From: Geosiphon pyriformis uo1
Lineage: Eukaryota; Fungi; Glomeromycota
NCBI GenBank assembly: GCA_016748015.1
Contig: JAAOMT010000096.1
Span: forward strand, 1 to 64,000
Length of the DNA: 64,000 nt
Reading direction: 5' to 3'
Positions 60,101 to 64,000 of the stretch are shown in pieces (positions within the stretch are counted from its first letter, which is position 1; each line of letters opens with the position of its first letter). A model generated the notes under the pieces. It was not told the DNA's origin, did no database searches, and worked only from the letters and a program-made list of their open reading frames with translations. A program made the position numbers and the translations under genes.

Positions 60101-63100
60101 TTGTGTTCCAGCTTTTTTTTATTGCACAGCCAAACCAAGGCTTGATGATCTGTTACCACTAAGATTTTTGCACCAAGAAGATATTGATTCCAGTAACTAG
60201 TAGCCTAAACTACTGCTAAACATTCTTCTTCAGTAACTAAATAATTTTTTTCTGCTGGTGTGAAAGATTTACTGGCATATGCTATGGCATGTTCTCTGTT
60301 ATTTTCATTTTTTTGTAAAAGGACAGCACCAAATCCATAGCCAGATGTATCAGTGTGAAGGATAAAAAGTTGGTCCAGATCAGATTGCTTAAAAATTGAT
60401 TTAGTAACAAGTTTTTTCTTCAAAATTTCAAAAGCTTTTTGTTGATGAGTGCCTCAGTGATAATTGACATTTTTTCTGAGTAGTTAATTGAGAGAAAAAG
60501 CAATTTTGGAGAAATTCTTGATAAATTTGTAATAATAAAAAGCCAAACCAAGAAAAGAGCATAGTTTAGGAACATTCATTGGTTGTCTAATGTTCTGAAC
60601 TTTTTTAACTTTAACTGGATCAGAAAAGATTCCATCTTTTGTAATAAGATGACCAAAAAACTGGGTAAATTAGTGTCCAAAGAAAAATTTGATTGGGTTA
60701 ATCTTGAGACCAATATTTTTGAGCAGTTCAAAAACCTTTTGCAAGTATTCAAGATGTTTATCCCAAGTTTTTAAGTAAACCATTATGTTGTTTAAGTAGA
60801 CCAGAACAAAGTTTTCTTTTACTGATTCAAATACTTTGTTTATTAGGCATTGAAAGGTAAGAAGAACATTGGTAAAACCAAAAAACATAACTGTAAATTC
60901 ATAGGTGCTATACTTGGTAATGAAAGCAGTTTTTTTTCTGCTTTTTGGATTTATTTCTATTTGTTAGAATCTAGCAATTAAGTCAATAATTAAGAAGAAA
61001 GCAGCACCATTAAATTTATCTAGCATTGCATCAATTTTGGGGAGTAAGTACATGTCTCTTATAGTGATGGTATTTAATTGATGGTAGTCAACACAGAAGC
61101 ATAGAGTTCCATTTTTTTTGGATACCACTACAACTGAAAATGCTTATTCATTCTTGGTTTTTTGTATGAATCCAAGATTTTTCATCCAGTTTATTTCTTT
61201 CTTGATGAATTTATCATTGCAACAGTTGGACTAATAAGGTTTCAAGTAAATGGGGCAAGTTTCTCTGGTGGTGATGGTATGTTGTATTACATAAGTACAT
61301 CTTAGAACATCATCTTCTTTGGATATAATTGGGCTATTTTTAGCCAATAGATTTTCAATGTCCACTTTTTTTTCTTCAAGAAAGAGTTCTCTTTGTTCTA
61401 TAATTAATAATTGAATTTCAGATGGTTTATTCTCAAAAGACTTTTGGACTTCTTTTATTTTTTTACAAGATATCAAGCTGATTAGTTCTCAATTTTTGTA
61501 ATAGATCAGACAGGATATACATTCATTACTAAAAAAGTACAATGATTTATCGCACCAATATTAGGCATAAGGACCATATTACCAATAACTGTTTTTTGCT
61601 TTCTTGCCAGGCTTTTTGTCAAAGGTTCTTCTAAAAATATCATAGTAGAACCAACAGATCAGCTTGCCATTTACCATGATTTTTTTTTATCTGCTTTGAT
61701 ATTATCTAATGGCTTGCCATTGCTAGTAAAGATAGTATAGACAAGTTCAACAGTTTCTTTTTGTTCATCTTTTTCTTCACTTTCATCATCATCTGATTTG
61801 TCTGATTGCTCTTCTTCTTGGCTTTGTTTGAGTACTAGAGGAGTTGTCCAATAATAACACTTAACCATAATGGGTTTCTTACTATATCTAATGATCAATT
61901 CACAAAGTTCATAATCAAGCAAGGCTTTTGCTTTCTTGAGTCATTTATTGCCAACTATTACGGTGTATTTTTTTACTTTAGATACTTTTATGTCAGTTTC
62001 AATGCTGATGCCATTGATTTGGACAGGAACAGCTTTGGCTATGCCCAAACCTTTCTTTTTGTCACCATGTATATTGGTCATTGGTCTTGTAGACAGTTCA
62101 TCAATTTTTCTGCCAATTGCTTCTAAGAAGTGTTTGGCAATAATGCTAACAAAAGATCTATTGTCCAGGATTAGATTAATGAAATAACCAGCCACTTGGA
62201 CTTTACAAATAAAAGGGGTAACATTGCTGTTGTTAACAAGTCCAGCTTGGTGTAGACATTTGTTGGTCTTTGGTGTCTTTTTCTTGAGAATCAAAGATTT
62301 GCAAAGGTTTTTTCTGAATTGAAAATGGGTTATTAACTGGCCAAAAGTAATGTAAACAGGCATTTCTATGAGATTTTTGACAACAAAATAAGATTCAGAT
62401 TTTTGTACAATTTCTGAAAGTTCCAACTTTGAAGAATTCTTAAAAACTTTAGCCTTTGATGGTTTATTATTATTAACAATTGATTTGAACACTTTGTTTG
62501 GGTCTAGAACAAAATCAATCTTGAGATTTTTCTTTTTTCTGGTTGATTCAGAGGTGTTAATTGCTAGTTCATTCATATTATGGTCATTATTAGTTAGGTT
62601 AAAAGCATAAAAAAGGTTTTTTTCTGGTTGGCTTGTACTCTTACTTTTTGGAGATATGTCTACTAGTTTAAAGGCTGATAAACAATGGCTTCAACTAAGG
62701 GATCCTCTTCAAAGAAATTGATGTTGGCATGATTGGGTTTTTAATTGAAACCATTGTTGTTGATGGTTCTGTTATTTTGATTGTCATTGTTTCTGGAAGC
62801 TGGAGAATTGTTGCAATCTCTGAAGAAATGTTCAGTTAATCTACAATAATAACATACAGGTGGGCTACAATTTTGTTGTCTTTGATAAGGAAGTTGCTAA
62901 GACTAATTAAAACAGAGTTCAAATTTGGGTCTTTGAGTTTGTTGATTTTTTCTGACTGCTTGAACTAAGAATTCTAATAACTGAACAAGATTGGCTGTGA
63001 GTCTATCTATTAATTGTTCATTGGGATCTGAAGTTTGAGCAGTAAAAGAAGTGGCAGCCATTTAGGGAGCAGGGGCCATAACAGAAGCAGAAGCAAAAAC

Positions 63101-63374
63101 TAAAAGTGTGAATTCCAAGTGCATTCTTTGATTGTTTTCAATTTGTTGGATTAGTTTAATAGCCATATCCATTGTGGAATTGTTTTTCAGGGCCAAAAGG
63201 GGCCAAAAAGTATATAAAAGATCAGTTCTTAATTCTTTTGTAAAGGAGTGAGTTTTCTGCTCTTCTGTTTAGTTTTTTTCAGAGTCTACTTACTTGATTA
63301 ACTTTCTAATTGCTTTTGCATATTTAGTTACAGCTTTACCAGAATCTTGGATTCTTCTTTCTAATTTTATACAT
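57120..63374 (-). mobile_element. Decayed family-A element (3' LTR 57120-57943, ORF3, pol, 3' part of gag), interrupted by a B LTR
   Basis: ORF fragments for IN (59433), RH (60205), RT (60670, 61231) and PR (61941); expanded 12-bp array at 57650-57855. Confidence 0.92.
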
Positions 63375-64000
63375 TGTAACCAAAGGTTTTAGTCTCTTTT
63401 CTTGAATGTTATTACTGTTTGTCTGTCATTAATTTCACGTTTTCTGGAAGCAATTGAACCTTTAATAACTGAATTTATCTTTAAATTATCTCTTATAATT
63501 TGAACTGTTGGGCTTATGAGTGGAATGGCCAATTCCTTGTCAGTTACTTTATGTAGTTATGTTGTAGTAAATGTCAACTTTTTCCTAGGAATTGTTCATC
63601 TGAAAGCTTACTAAAAATGTGTAACTACTTTGCTGTAAAAGTCAACTCTTCTACAGGAATCTCATCTGTAGGCTACCCTATAATTATGATAAGAAAAGAA
63701 AGAAAAATAAAAGAAATGTAAAAGAAATAGAATTTTATCAAGAAAAACGTTTTCTATTCAGGCCTGAAATTACTAACAGATTATTGAAATTGGTAGCTAA
63801 TTAATTTCAAAACGTTAGTTGTGTTGAGGGAATTTCAAGTATAATAATTTAAGAATTTGGTTTTCAAATACTTAATTTTTATTTGAATGTGTAAAAGGTG
63901 ATTTGTTTCAATTAAGATATCTAAAATAGAATACTATGGTAAGATACTATGAAAAAATACATTTTTTTGAAGAGAAAAGCTCTTCTTTTATACAACTTGT
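63375..64000 (-). mobile_element. Family-B LTR (runs off the window), inserted in A gag
   Basis: TGTAACC terminus; colinear with 8224-8850. Confidence 0.9.

Overview
AT-rich eukaryotic DNA with short spliceosomal introns, most likely an early-diverging fungus. Mucoromycota/Glomeromycotina is an inference from the U12-type intron, the SZT2 gene and the repeat style. There are three zones. (1) 1-29.5 kb is a deeply nested pile of decayed Ty3/gypsy LTR retrotransposons of two families (called A and B here) plus LINE relics, riddled with C>T/G>A transitions. (2) 29.7-53.9 kb is a compact island of eight intact genes: MMS19, TEN1-like, CPYC glutaredoxin, eIF1/SUI1 with a U12-type intron, CBP6/UQCC2, cytosolic SHMT, AK6/FAP7 and SZT2. 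(3) 53.9-64 kb is another nested A/B pile. The most unusual signal is the cis-acting design of family A. Its PBS fits an elongator tRNA-Met, and two boxes in the inferred U5 are complementary to that tRNA's anticodon arm, split at the canonical 37/38 position by a hairpin. It also has a 20-nt copy of the PPT at the end of gag, a UUUAAAC -1 frameshift site, an N-terminal Gag extension and a Cys-rich PR-RT linker. A non-env third ORF appears shared with family B, whose LTR carries twin covarying bulged hairpins. All alignments were done by eye and no database searches were run.
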